55,737 nt of DNA from a virus (Duplodnaviria; Caudoviricetes): the IMG/VR virus record IMGVR_UViG_3300043753_000025, positions 1 through 55,737 of that record, one strand, 5' to 3'. The notes beneath the pieces are model-generated. The model searched no databases. It was not told the origin of the DNA and worked only from the letters and a program-made list of their open reading frames with translations. This document shows, one piece after another, positions 17,225 through 24,738 of this stretch; the stretch's first letter is position 1; the number at the start of each line of letters is the position of its first letter. The position numbers and the translations under genes were made by a program.

Positions 17225-18051
17225 TCAGCACCCCCGGTCGGCGCCTCGGGCAGCTTGGTGACCTCAGCGATGGTGACGCGCTGCTCGGGGAACGCCTCCT
17301 CGGCGGTGACCTCGCCGCGCTGCAAGGACTGGTAGAGGATCTCCAGCTGGGCGAGGTCCATGTCGGTCCACTGGCCGACCTTCCGGCCCCGGTTGTCCTC
17401 CAACTGCTCGGTGGTGATGCCGCGGGCCTGGTAGGCGCTGGTGGCCTGGGCGATGCGCTGTGGGAGGGGGACGCCACCGCCGTGCTTCAGCGTGGCGGTG
17501 CACAGGTCCTTGGCCTGCTCGATGTACCAGACCGGCAGCACCGAGAAGATCATTTCCCTGAGCCGCCGGGACCCGTTGTTGCTGTTGTTTTCGTAGATGT
17601 CACGGAAGTCGCCGAGCTTCTGCGCCCTGCCGTTCGCCCACCGGGCGTGCGGCACGATGAACGTGGTCGAGACACGCTCGTTGGACTCCATGTCCCACGC
17701 CCAGGCCTGCATCTCGGACTGCTCGAACTCGTCGTCGCGCCGCAACTCCACGAGGCCGTACTGGATGTTGCCCCAGCACCGGGCCAGCTCCTTTGCGAGG
17801 TGGATCGTCTCGCCGGCGACCGTGGAGCCGCCCTTGGGGAACGAGTAGAACGCGCGCTTGGCGAGGGCCGGTTGCTTGCACGCCTCGGTCATCCGGCCGA
17901 TCGAGTAGGACTCGATGCGGGGGAACTGGCGGGCCACCATGACGGCGGCCTGGACCTCGGCGACCGCGCGGGACTGCTCCACCGCGGTGCCCTGGCCGAC
18001 CCGGCCCGGGGCGGGAGCGGCCTGCATGTACTGCTCGGCGGGGTAGTTCAC
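17221..18051 (-). CDS. RecT-like ssDNA-annealing protein
   Basis: EVQAAVMVARQFPR...IHLAKELARCWGN; directly downstream of RecE-like nuclease. Confidence 0.7.
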   Translation of the reverse strand: MNYPAEQYMQAAPAPGRVGQGTAVEQSRAVAEVQAAVMVARQFPRIESYSIGRMTEACKQPALAKRAFYSFPKGGSTVAGETIHLAKELARCWGNIQYGLVELRRDDEFEQSEMQAWAWDMESNERVSTTFIVPHARWANGRAQKLGDFRDIYENNSNNGSRRLREMIFSVLPVWYIEQAKDLCTATLKHGGGVPLPQRIAQATSAYQARGITTEQLEDNRGRKVGQWTDMDLAQLEILYQSLQRGEVTAEEAFPEQRVTIAEVTKLPEAPTGGAE

Positions 18052-18944
18052 TGCATCTCCTGGAGGTGCTTGGTCTCCGCCCACGCGGGCAGCGAGATGA
18101 CGTCGATGTCGTCGGAGTAGCCGGGCCAGCGGTCGGCCGCCGTGCACTCCGCGTAGGTCGCGATGGCCTTGCGGTTGAGGTGCCGGCCGATCCGCATCGC
18201 CGACGCGGACAGCTGCACCACCCGGACCAGGTACGGCGCCGTCTTCTCCTGGAAGACGAAGACGAACTGCGCGCTGTCGTCGGCCAGGCCGAGTGCGCGC
18301 ACCGCGTCCAAGTACCAAGCGGCCTGCTGGTGGTAGCCGTACGAGTGGACCGACCGCTCGATCGCATCCGAGGCGGCGCTGACCGTGGTCTTGTAGTCCG
18401 GCACGATCAGCCGCCCGGCCCCCGGGTGAGGCAGCCAGTCCAGCCGGGCCCGCCGCCACACCCGCGCCATCGCGTCCTGCCAGAACAGGGACTGCTCCGG
18501 GCGGCCGAACGCCGGGTTGAACAGCGCGCCGGCCACCGGGTGGCGGCGGATCGCTTCCGCCATCGCCTGCACCTGCTCGAACTCGTGCCGCAGGACGGGC
18601 ACCGCGCCGCTCTCGCGGGCCACAGCCCGCTCGGTCTGCGCGGCCTTCGTCCGCCAGTCCGCCGCGTCGATGACAACCAGCTCCGGGCCCTCGCCGAGCA
18701 CCAGCAGGTGTGCGGCGTGTCCGATGTCGAACTGGGGCCGCGGCGCGCGCCGGTGGCGCCGCTCGTAGTCGAAGAGGGCCGGGCAGCCCGGGGCCAGCAG
18801 CCGCCGGGCGCCGGAGGAGGAGAGGGAGCCGCCCGGGACGGGATCGGCGTGGTACTGCTCGTTCGTCATCTCGTAGATGCCGGGCTCCGTGATGATGGGC
18901 CCGGCGGCCTGGGCCGAAGCCCCGGCCAGCTCGGTGATCGTCAT
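18048..18944 (-). CDS. RecE-like PD-(D/E)XK exonuclease (DUF3799-like)
   Basis: YHAD...LSSSG...GHAAH...EQSLFW...RARLDWL...DYKTT...YHQQAAWY. Confidence 0.9.
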   Translation of the reverse strand: MTITELAGASAQAAGPIITEPGIYEMTNEQYHADPVPGGSLSSSGARRLLAPGCPALFDYERRHRRAPRPQFDIGHAAHLLVLGEGPELVVIDAADWRTKAAQTERAVARESGAVPVLRHEFEQVQAMAEAIRRHPVAGALFNPAFGRPEQSLFWQDAMARVWRRARLDWLPHPGAGRLIVPDYKTTVSAASDAIERSVHSYGYHQQAAWYLDAVRALGLADDSAQFVFVFQEKTAPYLVRVVQLSASAMRIGRHLNRKAIATYAECTAADRWPGYSDDIDVISLPAWAETKHLQEMQ

Positions 18945-18997
18945 CTGGTGTCTCCTGGTGGGCCGGGCGCGGTGGGCGCCCGGCCGAAGTCGTGGTG

Positions 18998-19321
18998 TCA
19001 GGCGGTGCGGGGCTGGCCGGTGCCGGCGTCGATCGCGGCCAACGCGGCGTCGTCGTAGCCCATCGCGTTGTGCAGCTGCTGGCGGACCGAACGCAGCTCG
19101 CGGTGGGCCTTCTCCAGGCGCTGCTCGGCGTCGTCGGCGCGCAGCCCGGCAGCAGCCGCGCGGGCGTCGGCGATATCGGCCCGCTGCCGGGCGGCCGTCA
19201 ACTCGGCGGCCAGCACCGCCTCGTGCGCCAGGGACTCGCGCAGGTCATCCGCGACGCTGCGCGGGTTGTGCGGCCACGGCTCCACGACGGGCCGACGGCG
19301 CAGGCGGGGCAGGAGCTTCAT
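18998..19321 (-). CDS. Hypothetical coiled-coil protein
   Basis: MKLLPRLRRR...; coupled to upstream stop. Confidence 0.6.
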   Translation of the reverse strand: MKLLPRLRRRPVVEPWPHNPRSVADDLRESLAHEAVLAAELTAARQRADIADARAAAAGLRADDAEQRLEKAHRELRSVRQQLHNAMGYDDAALAAIDAGTGQPRTA

Positions 19322-19500
19322 CACAGGGCCTTCCTCTGCTGCGGGACGTAGCGGTGCGGGCGGATTCGGCGGCGGGCGGCGCGAGCCCGGCGGCGCTTCC
19401 ACCAGGCCTCGATGTCGTCCCAGAGCAGCCAGAGCACGAAGCCCACGCTCCAGGCGGCGACGACGATCAACACGACCGGCGGGGTGGCGGTGTCGGTCAC
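19321..19500 (-). CDS. Small membrane protein
   Basis: VTDTATPPVVLIVVAAWSVGFVLWLLWDD... Confidence 0.55.
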   Translation of the reverse strand: MTDTATPPVVLIVVAAWSVGFVLWLLWDDIEAWWKRRRARAARRRIRPHRYVPQQRKAL

Positions 19501-20060
19501 GACTCACCGTCCGGGTCGTACTCGGCCAGCACGGTCACCGGCACCACGCGGAACGCGGTCTCGACCTCGTCGCCCTCGTGCTCGGCGTACAGCCGCAGCA
19601 CCGAGTCGTCCTCGGGCTCCCCGCGCCAACTCAGCTCGGGCGCCGGGCCGTTCAGCTCGCGGTACTTGTCCTCCGCGTGCGCCTCGGCGTCCCCACCGAA
19701 CAGGTAGAGGTCGAGTGGGATGGTGCTGTGCTCGGCTCGGTAGACCGTCAGATCGCCGTCGACCAACAGGGCCTGCATGTTGTCGACGGTCTTCGCCAGC
19801 ATCGCCTGGCTGTCGGCCAGTTCGCCCGTCAACCGGGCAACCTCGGCGATCAGCAGCTCCACCATCTCCGGCGCCGCCACGATGAAGTCCGCGTCACCCG
19901 CGGTGCGGACACCCCAGGCCACCGGGCCCGCCCCCTCCGCGACCACCTGCAAGCCGCAGCCCGCCCTGGCGCGGGCGCTCCTGGCGCCCGGCGTCACACC
20001 GGCCAGCAGCCGCTCGAAGCACTCCACCTGCGCCGCCGCCAGCGGCTCCCGGGCGCTCAT
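19497..20060 (-). CDS. Hypothetical protein (Ead-like DADFIVAAP motif)
   Basis: DADFIVAAPEMVELLIAEVARL; coupled overlaps. Confidence 0.65.
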   Translation of the reverse strand: MSAREPLAAAQVECFERLLAGVTPGARSARARAGCGLQVVAEGAGPVAWGVRTAGDADFIVAAPEMVELLIAEVARLTGELADSQAMLAKTVDNMQALLVDGDLTVYRAEHSTIPLDLYLFGGDAEAHAEDKYRELNGPAPELSWRGEPEDDSVLRLYAEHEGDEVETAFRVVPVTVLAEYDPDGES

Positions 20061-20473
20061 CGAGCACCGCCCCGGCGCTGCCGGTCCAACAGCTGCTGCT
20101 CAAACGCCTCCGCGCCGTCCGGGGTGTCGAACGAGGCCGACTTCTGCGTGCCGTCCTCACGCCACCGCACCCGCCACCAGTACTCGTTGAAGTGCTCAAG
20201 GCGCACAGCGCTGATCACCGGCTCCGGCGAACGCGGCCGGCCTACCTCGGCGAGCAGCTCGTCCACCTCGTTCTCCGAGGCGTCGAGCACGTCGTCCAGC
20301 TCGTCGATCTCATCCAGCAACTCCGTGATCACCGGGCCCGCCACCGTGCGGAGCATCCGCGCGACCTGCACGCGCATCGCGGGGCGCCAGTTCGCGCTCT
20401 GGGGCGCGATGACCGCCAGGTCCAGGGTGCGGAGCGCGTCCAGCCGCTCCTCGGGGATCGGCTCCCGGCTCAC
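20057..20473 (-). CDS. Protein with C-terminal integrase arm-binding-like domain
   Basis: WWRVRWREDGTQKSASFDTPDGAEAF. Confidence 0.6.
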   Translation of the reverse strand: MSREPIPEERLDALRTLDLAVIAPQSANWRPAMRVQVARMLRTVAGPVITELLDEIDELDDVLDASENEVDELLAEVGRPRSPEPVISAVRLEHFNEYWWRVRWREDGTQKSASFDTPDGAEAFEQQLLDRQRRGGAR

Positions 20474-20865
20474 GCGGCCACCACCGTCAGCGCGCGCCGG
20501 GCCTTCTCGCCGGCCAGCAGCCGCATCGTGTACACCACATGCGCCTCGGACGACGCGTCCGCCCAGGCGTCCACGTGCCGGTCGCAGTCCTCGATGCTGT
20601 CCGACCACGCCGGCTCGCCGTCCACCAGGACGACGTCCGCCAGCAGCCGAAGCGCCTGCCACGCCAGGTTCGACGGGGTGCGCGGGTCGCGGGTCACCGC
20701 GCAGTACAGCGCGCCCACGGCCGACATCGGCCGCAGGTAGTGCGGGCTACGCGACACCCTGTTGAACGGGTCCGCCACGTAGTCCCCGCGGTGGAGCCCG
20801 TGAAGGGCGATGATCTGGGCGGCCCGGGCCAGCACGGCGCGGGCATCGGTAGGCTGTGTGATCAC
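20470..20865 (-). CDS. DUF6197-like protein
   Basis: VLARAAQIIALHGLHRGDY...MSAVGAL...WAD; AAGGAGG RBS. Confidence 0.7.
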   Translation of the reverse strand: MITQPTDARAVLARAAQIIALHGLHRGDYVADPFNRVSRSPHYLRPMSAVGALYCAVTRDPRTPSNLAWQALRLLADVVLVDGEPAWSDSIEDCDRHVDAWADASSEAHVVYTMRLLAGEKARRALTVVAA

Positions 20866-20962
20866 GGCCTGCCTCCTTCGTTGTTCGTTGGTTGGCGAGG
20901 TGGGCTCGGGTCGCCCCCGGGGGTCCAATTCCGGGGCGGCCCACCCACAGGTCTCGGGTGGA

Positions 20963-21223
20963 TCAGGCGGCGCGGCTACGGCGCCCGCGGGTGGCCGGGT
21001 CGACGTCACCGACCTGCTGGATGGCCCAGATGTGGTCGAGGCGGAACATGTTCTTGCCGCCGACCTTGGTGTGGGGGACCTTCTTCGCGTAGCAGAGGTC
21101 CTTGAGCGACCGCACCGTGTGCGGGAGCCACCCAGCGGCGACGACCTCCTCCGGCGTGTACAGCCGGAGCCGATCAGCGGCGGTGAGCCACTCGGGCGCC
21201 TGCGCGACCTTCTTCGCGGTCAC
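20963..21223 (-). CDS. Excisionase/RDF-like winged-HTH protein
   Basis: LYTPEEV...VPHTKVGGKNMFRLDHI; second gene of early operon. Confidence 0.75.
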   Translation of the reverse strand: MTAKKVAQAPEWLTAADRLRLYTPEEVVAAGWLPHTVRSLKDLCYAKKVPHTKVGGKNMFRLDHIWAIQQVGDVDPATRGRRSRAA

Positions 21224-21426
21224 GACTGTTCCTCTCGGTTGATTGCGGCAACCGACACCGCGAGCCCAGCGGCGATCCGGCGGATTGTGGCTTCGCTGGC
21301 CCCTGCACAACCCCTCTCGACTCGCGAGAGGTAGCCGGGGTTCAAGCCAGTCCGTTGCGCCAAGTCCCTGAGGCTCAATTGTTGAGCCCGTCGGATGGCC
21401 CGGATTGCGTTGCTGTGCGGTGTCAC
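21220..21426 (-). CDS. Cro-like XRE HTH regulator
   Basis: IRAIRRAQQLSLRDLAQRTGLNPGYLSRVERG; divergent from repressor. Confidence 0.88.
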   Translation of the reverse strand: MTPHSNAIRAIRRAQQLSLRDLAQRTGLNPGYLSRVERGCAGASEATIRRIAAGLAVSVAAINREEQS

Positions 21427-21448
21427 GGGAGAAGCAGACCACATCAAC

Positions 21449-21501
21449 CCTCAAGATTCAAGGGGTCTCTCTACGGGATCTCTACGGTCTGAGCCTCAAG
21501 A
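21449..21501. promoter_or_regulatory. Genetic-switch region with direct repeats TCTCTACGG (21468, 21479) and CCTCAAGA (21449, 21494)
   Basis: Direct repeats between divergent cro and repressor. Confidence 0.6.
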
Positions 21502-21627
21502 GTTGTGCCACTGGGGGGATGTGGGGCGCGTGATGCAACACCTATGCGCCCCCATTGAGCCTTAAGCGCAGCTCAAAAGACCGGATCCGGCCTCCGCTGT
21601 TGCATGCGTGTGAGGCATGATGTGCTC

Positions 21628-22152
21628 ATGGAGCGAGACTGGGCCCGGTTCGGACGGGCGGTGAAGGCCGCGCGGGCCGCCGGCGACATGACGCAGGAGG
21701 AGCTGGCCACGGCGGCCGGCGTCGGCGTGTCGACGATCCAGACCCTGGAGCGCGGCTCTCGGCACTATGCGAGGGTCACCGCCAATCACCGGGCTGTCGC
21801 CCAGGCGCTCGGCTGGACCGGAGACAGCGTTGAGCGCGTGCTGGCCGGCGGCGAGCCGACTGTGGCCGAAGCCCCGTTGCAGCCAGTGTCGATGGGGGAT
21901 GCGGCCAGTGCTGCACCGGTCGACGACCTGCTGGACGGGCTCACGGAACGCGCCCGACTCGCACTGCAGGGCGGCACCGTCGTTGACGCGGACGTGATCG
22001 ACCTCGCCCCCGATGACCCGGACTCGGTCGCGGTGCTGATCCTCAAGCGCGGCGACCGGCCGGCGACGACGCCAGAGCAGATGCGGGCCGACCTGAAGAA
22101 GTGGGCCGAGCTGCAGCGCGCTGCCCGACGGATCTTCTCCGACGAGGACTGA
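21628..22152 (+). CDS. Immunity repressor (XRE HTH), probably leaderless
   Basis: VKAARAAGDMTQEELATAAGVGVSTIQTLERG; CATGAT 6 nt before ATG 21628. Confidence 0.85.
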   Translation: MERDWARFGRAVKAARAAGDMTQEELATAAGVGVSTIQTLERGSRHYARVTANHRAVAQALGWTGDSVERVLAGGEPTVAEAPLQPVSMGDAASAAPVDDLLDGLTERARLALQGGTVVDADVIDLAPDDPDSVAVLILKRGDRPATTPEQMRADLKKWAELQRAARRIFSDED

Positions 22153-22286
22153 TCACCAAGTCGACACTTGGGCGAACGCTTTACCATCGGATGATCACAT
22201 TGCGGTGATCAATCATCCGGAACTGTGACAGACTCACCCGTACCTGCGAGGGGGGCACCTGACACAGGTAGAGGGGGCACCGCTTC

Positions 22287-22463
22287 ATGCGGGTCAGACG
22301 CGTTTCGGACATCCCTCACGGCGCCATCTCCTTCATCGACATCGACCCTGACGGGGTGCCGGTGATGTGGGTGAACGCCGCGCTCGTCACGGACGAGCAG
22401 GCCGCCGAGCTGGCCAGACGGCTCAACCCGCCCGGGGGGCAGGCGGGGAAGTTCGCCGCGTAG
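22287..22463 (+). CDS. Small hypothetical protein between repressor and integrase
   Basis: GAGGGGG RBS; MRVRRVSDIPHGAISFIDIDPDGVPVMWVNAALV..., 58 aa. Confidence 0.55.
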   Translation: MRVRRVSDIPHGAISFIDIDPDGVPVMWVNAALVTDEQAAELARRLNPPGGQAGKFAA

Positions 22464-22526
22464 CACATCAAGTCGAGCGGGGCGGGGTCCACGGGCCCCG
22501 CCTGCTCAGCCATGGGAGGGTGCGCA

Positions 22527-23807
22527 GTGGCGTACGCCGAGAAGGTCTACAAGGTCCGCAACGGGAAGCAGACGAAGCAGTACACGTGGAGATCACGGTT
22601 TCTGCTGCCTGACGGCATCAACTACGGCAGCGCGCCGGGGTTCCCCACAGAGAAGACCGCCAAGGAGTACGGGCAGGAGCAGGAAGCCGCGATCCGCGCT
22701 GGCCGGTGGATCGACCCGAAGCTCGCGCAAACCCAGTTCGGGAAGTGGGCCCGCGAGTGGATGGCAGCCAAGGCCCCACGCGGGCGGACGATCACCACCC
22801 GCTGGGGTCTCCTTGACACCCACATCATGCCCAAGTGGGAGCACGTGGCGCTGAGGACTGTCACCTGGTTCGACGCTGAGAACTGGGCCAACGGGATCGG
22901 CGAGACCCACGATGACGTGACGGCCACGCACTGCCTCACGCTGATGTCGCAAATCATGACCGGCGCGGTCGATGCGGGAAGGATCACGGTCAACCCGCTG
23001 CTCGGTCGCCGGCGGAGCCGCACGGCGGCCATCAAGCTGAAGAACCAGACCAAGCTGATGAAGAAGGCCGCCGCCCCCGCGACACCCGAGCTGGTACTCC
23101 GGCTCGCGCGGCGCGTCGGTCCGCTCGACGGGATGCACATCCTCGTCACTGCGTTCCTGGGGCCGCGGTGGGGTGAGGGCTGTGCGCTGACGCGCTCCAG
23201 CCGCGGGCGTCGCGAAGAGGCGTACGGCAAAGGCATGTTCAGCTGCCCGACGCTCCAGATCAGGCAGGAGGTCGCCGAGTATCAGACTCGGGACCCGGCC
23301 ACCGGCGAGAAGGGGCCGATTCACTTCGACCTGGAGCCGGTGAAGACCGACGGCTCGCTCCGGGACATCGACGTGCCGCCCTTCCTCGATGGCCTGCTGG
23401 ACGAGCACGAGAAGCGGCTGAAGCCCGAACGCGATCGCCTGTTCTGCACGCGATCCGGCGAGTGGTGGCGGAACAGCAACTTCGGCAGGCAGGTCATGCG
23501 GCCGGGCGCGGATGGTCGCAAGGCCCTCCCCGCCTCCAAGGGGCACAAGCCCCGAGAGGGCTGGGAGCCGCTGGTGCCCGGGCTCAACATGGACCTGCTA
23601 CGGCACCTGCACGATACGCTTCAGGGGCAGATCAACGTTGCTGACGCGCTGGCCTACGAACAGGCCGGCCACCGGCGACCCGGCATCAAGGCGGTGTACC
23701 AGCACCCGACGCCGGAAGAGCGCCAGCACCGACTCGATGGGCTCCAGAGGATCTTCGAGCGGGCCATGGCGAACCTGGAGTGGGAGAGGATCTGGGAGGA
23801 AAGTTGA
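22527..23807 (+). CDS. int: Tyrosine integrase
   Basis: N-terminal arm-binding domain; GPRWGE, VKT, LLRH, AGH, VYQH; next to attP; GGGAGG RBS. Confidence 0.93.
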   Translation: MAYAEKVYKVRNGKQTKQYTWRSRFLLPDGINYGSAPGFPTEKTAKEYGQEQEAAIRAGRWIDPKLAQTQFGKWAREWMAAKAPRGRTITTRWGLLDTHIMPKWEHVALRTVTWFDAENWANGIGETHDDVTATHCLTLMSQIMTGAVDAGRITVNPLLGRRRSRTAAIKLKNQTKLMKKAAAPATPELVLRLARRVGPLDGMHILVTAFLGPRWGEGCALTRSSRGRREEAYGKGMFSCPTLQIRQEVAEYQTRDPATGEKGPIHFDLEPVKTDGSLRDIDVPPFLDGLLDEHEKRLKPERDRLFCTRSGEWWRNSNFGRQVMRPGADGRKALPASKGHKPREGWEPLVPGLNMDLLRHLHDTLQGQINVADALAYEQAGHRRPGIKAVYQHPTPEERQHRLDGLQRIFERAMANLEWERIWEES

Positions 23808-24093
23808 TCTCCAATATTTCTCCCAAATGATCTTTGGTTCGATCATCTCCGCAGGTAGATGGAGCATTGAGCGGTGGTCTTACAAAGCAGATGTCGGCGG
23901 TTCGAAACCGTCCGCGCCCACCCCTTGACCAGCATAAACGCTGGCATCATCCCAGCTCAGGACCTACTTCGAGGGCTGGGGCGACATTGAACTCCCGGTT
24001 TCTCTACGGTCTGTGACCGATCCTCCTACGGTCTCACTACGCATGATCCACTCCTAAATTCCTCCCAAATGATCTTGGTGTTTCCGCAGGTCA
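23808..24093. mobile_element. attP: arm-type repeats flanking a tRNA-derived core
   Basis: Perfect CTCCCAAATGATCTT at 23820-23834 and 24062-24076, each preceded by a degenerate copy and followed by TCCGCAGGT. Confidence 0.85.
23878..23922 (+). other. attP core = 3' half of tRNA-Val(UAC)
   Basis: CT-TAC-AA loop, AGCAG stem, T-arm GGCGG TTCGAAA CCGTC, acceptor CGCGCCC-A-CC; no matching 5' half. Confidence 0.88.
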
Positions 24094-24119
24094 CAACTTG
24101 GAAGCCGGAACAACGCAGA

Positions 24120-24158
24120 GCGCCGTCTCCCGACTGGAGACAGTCAGGAGACGGCGCG
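24120..24158 (-). terminator. Strong hairpin/terminator
   Basis: GCGCCGTCTCC-n-GACTG GAGA CAGTC-n-GGAGACGGCGC. Confidence 0.7.
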
Positions 24159-24159
24159 C

Positions 24160-24383
24160 GGACACCGGAGTCGAGGGGGGCGGTCTACTTCCCCGGTATG
24201 CGTCCAGCCACCCCCGTCGAACGGCGGAGGGTGCTCACGCCCGAGGCGGGCTAGGATCGCGCGCAGCTAGGCCGCCGGACCCTGCGTCCGCCTCAGGTTC
24301 CCGTCGCAGCGCCCGATGGAAGCGGGCACTGCGACGGGAGAACAAGGTGCCCGGCTGGCCGATCAATTCGGCCGGCCGGGCAT
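24160..24383 (-). ncRNA. Candidate structured RNA / 3' UTR downstream of the peptide gene
   Basis: Adjacent stems at 24347-24383, 24299-24339, 24240-24297, 24210-24233, 24160-24205; no convincing ORF. Confidence 0.35.
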
Positions 24384-24390
24384 GGAGCAA

Positions 24391-24591
24391 TCAGGTGCCC
24401 CAGCTCGTGTCGTCCAAAGACGCACTGAGTGCCGAAGCTGATGCAGCACTGCCGTGGGGCGCCACGGTGCCCCACGAGGTGTCGGCGAAAGAGACATGAC
24501 GCGGAGCCGCGCCAGCCGACAGGCTGAACAATGCACCGATGGCCAGCACAGCCGCGGCGGCCGCGGTGGCGACCTTCTGACGTGCAGACAT
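24391..24591 (-). CDS. Secreted signalling pro-peptide with two DTSWGT repeats
   Basis: GAAGGGG RBS; Sec signal MSARQK-VATAAAAAVLAIGALFSLS-AGA; DTSWGT at 24466-24483 and 24394-24411 (C-terminal). Confidence 0.85.
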   Translation of the reverse strand: MSARQKVATAAAAAVLAIGALFSLSAGAAPRHVSFADTSWGTVAPHGSAASASALSASLDDTSWGT

Positions 24592-24640
24592 GACTCACCC
24601 CTTCCGGTACTGATGGTGGGTTGGATCGTGCGTGGCTACC

Positions 24641-24710
24641 AGCCTGACGATGGTTGACGGTTGGATCAAGTGTTCCCACGGTACCGTTGGAAGTGTGCTC
24701 ATTTGAGCAC
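24641..24710. promoter_or_regulatory. Divergent control region: minus-strand TTGATC-17-CAGGCT promoter, 20-bp palindrome and GTGCTCA-TT-TGAGCAC
   Basis: TTCCCACGGTACCGTTGGAA 24673-24692; inverted repeat 24695-24710. Confidence 0.6.
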
Positions 24711-24738
24711 TCGGACATATGTGGACACTGGGGGGTAA

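Noticed and set aside
22188-22219. Nested inverted repeats after the repressor (CGGATGAT...ATCATCCG; GATCAC/GTGATC)
   Set aside because: Could be an operator or weak terminator, but no second copy or other support was seen.
23850-23922. Full tRNA-Val gene
   Set aside because: No 5' acceptor strand or D-arm upstream; only the 3' half (attP core).
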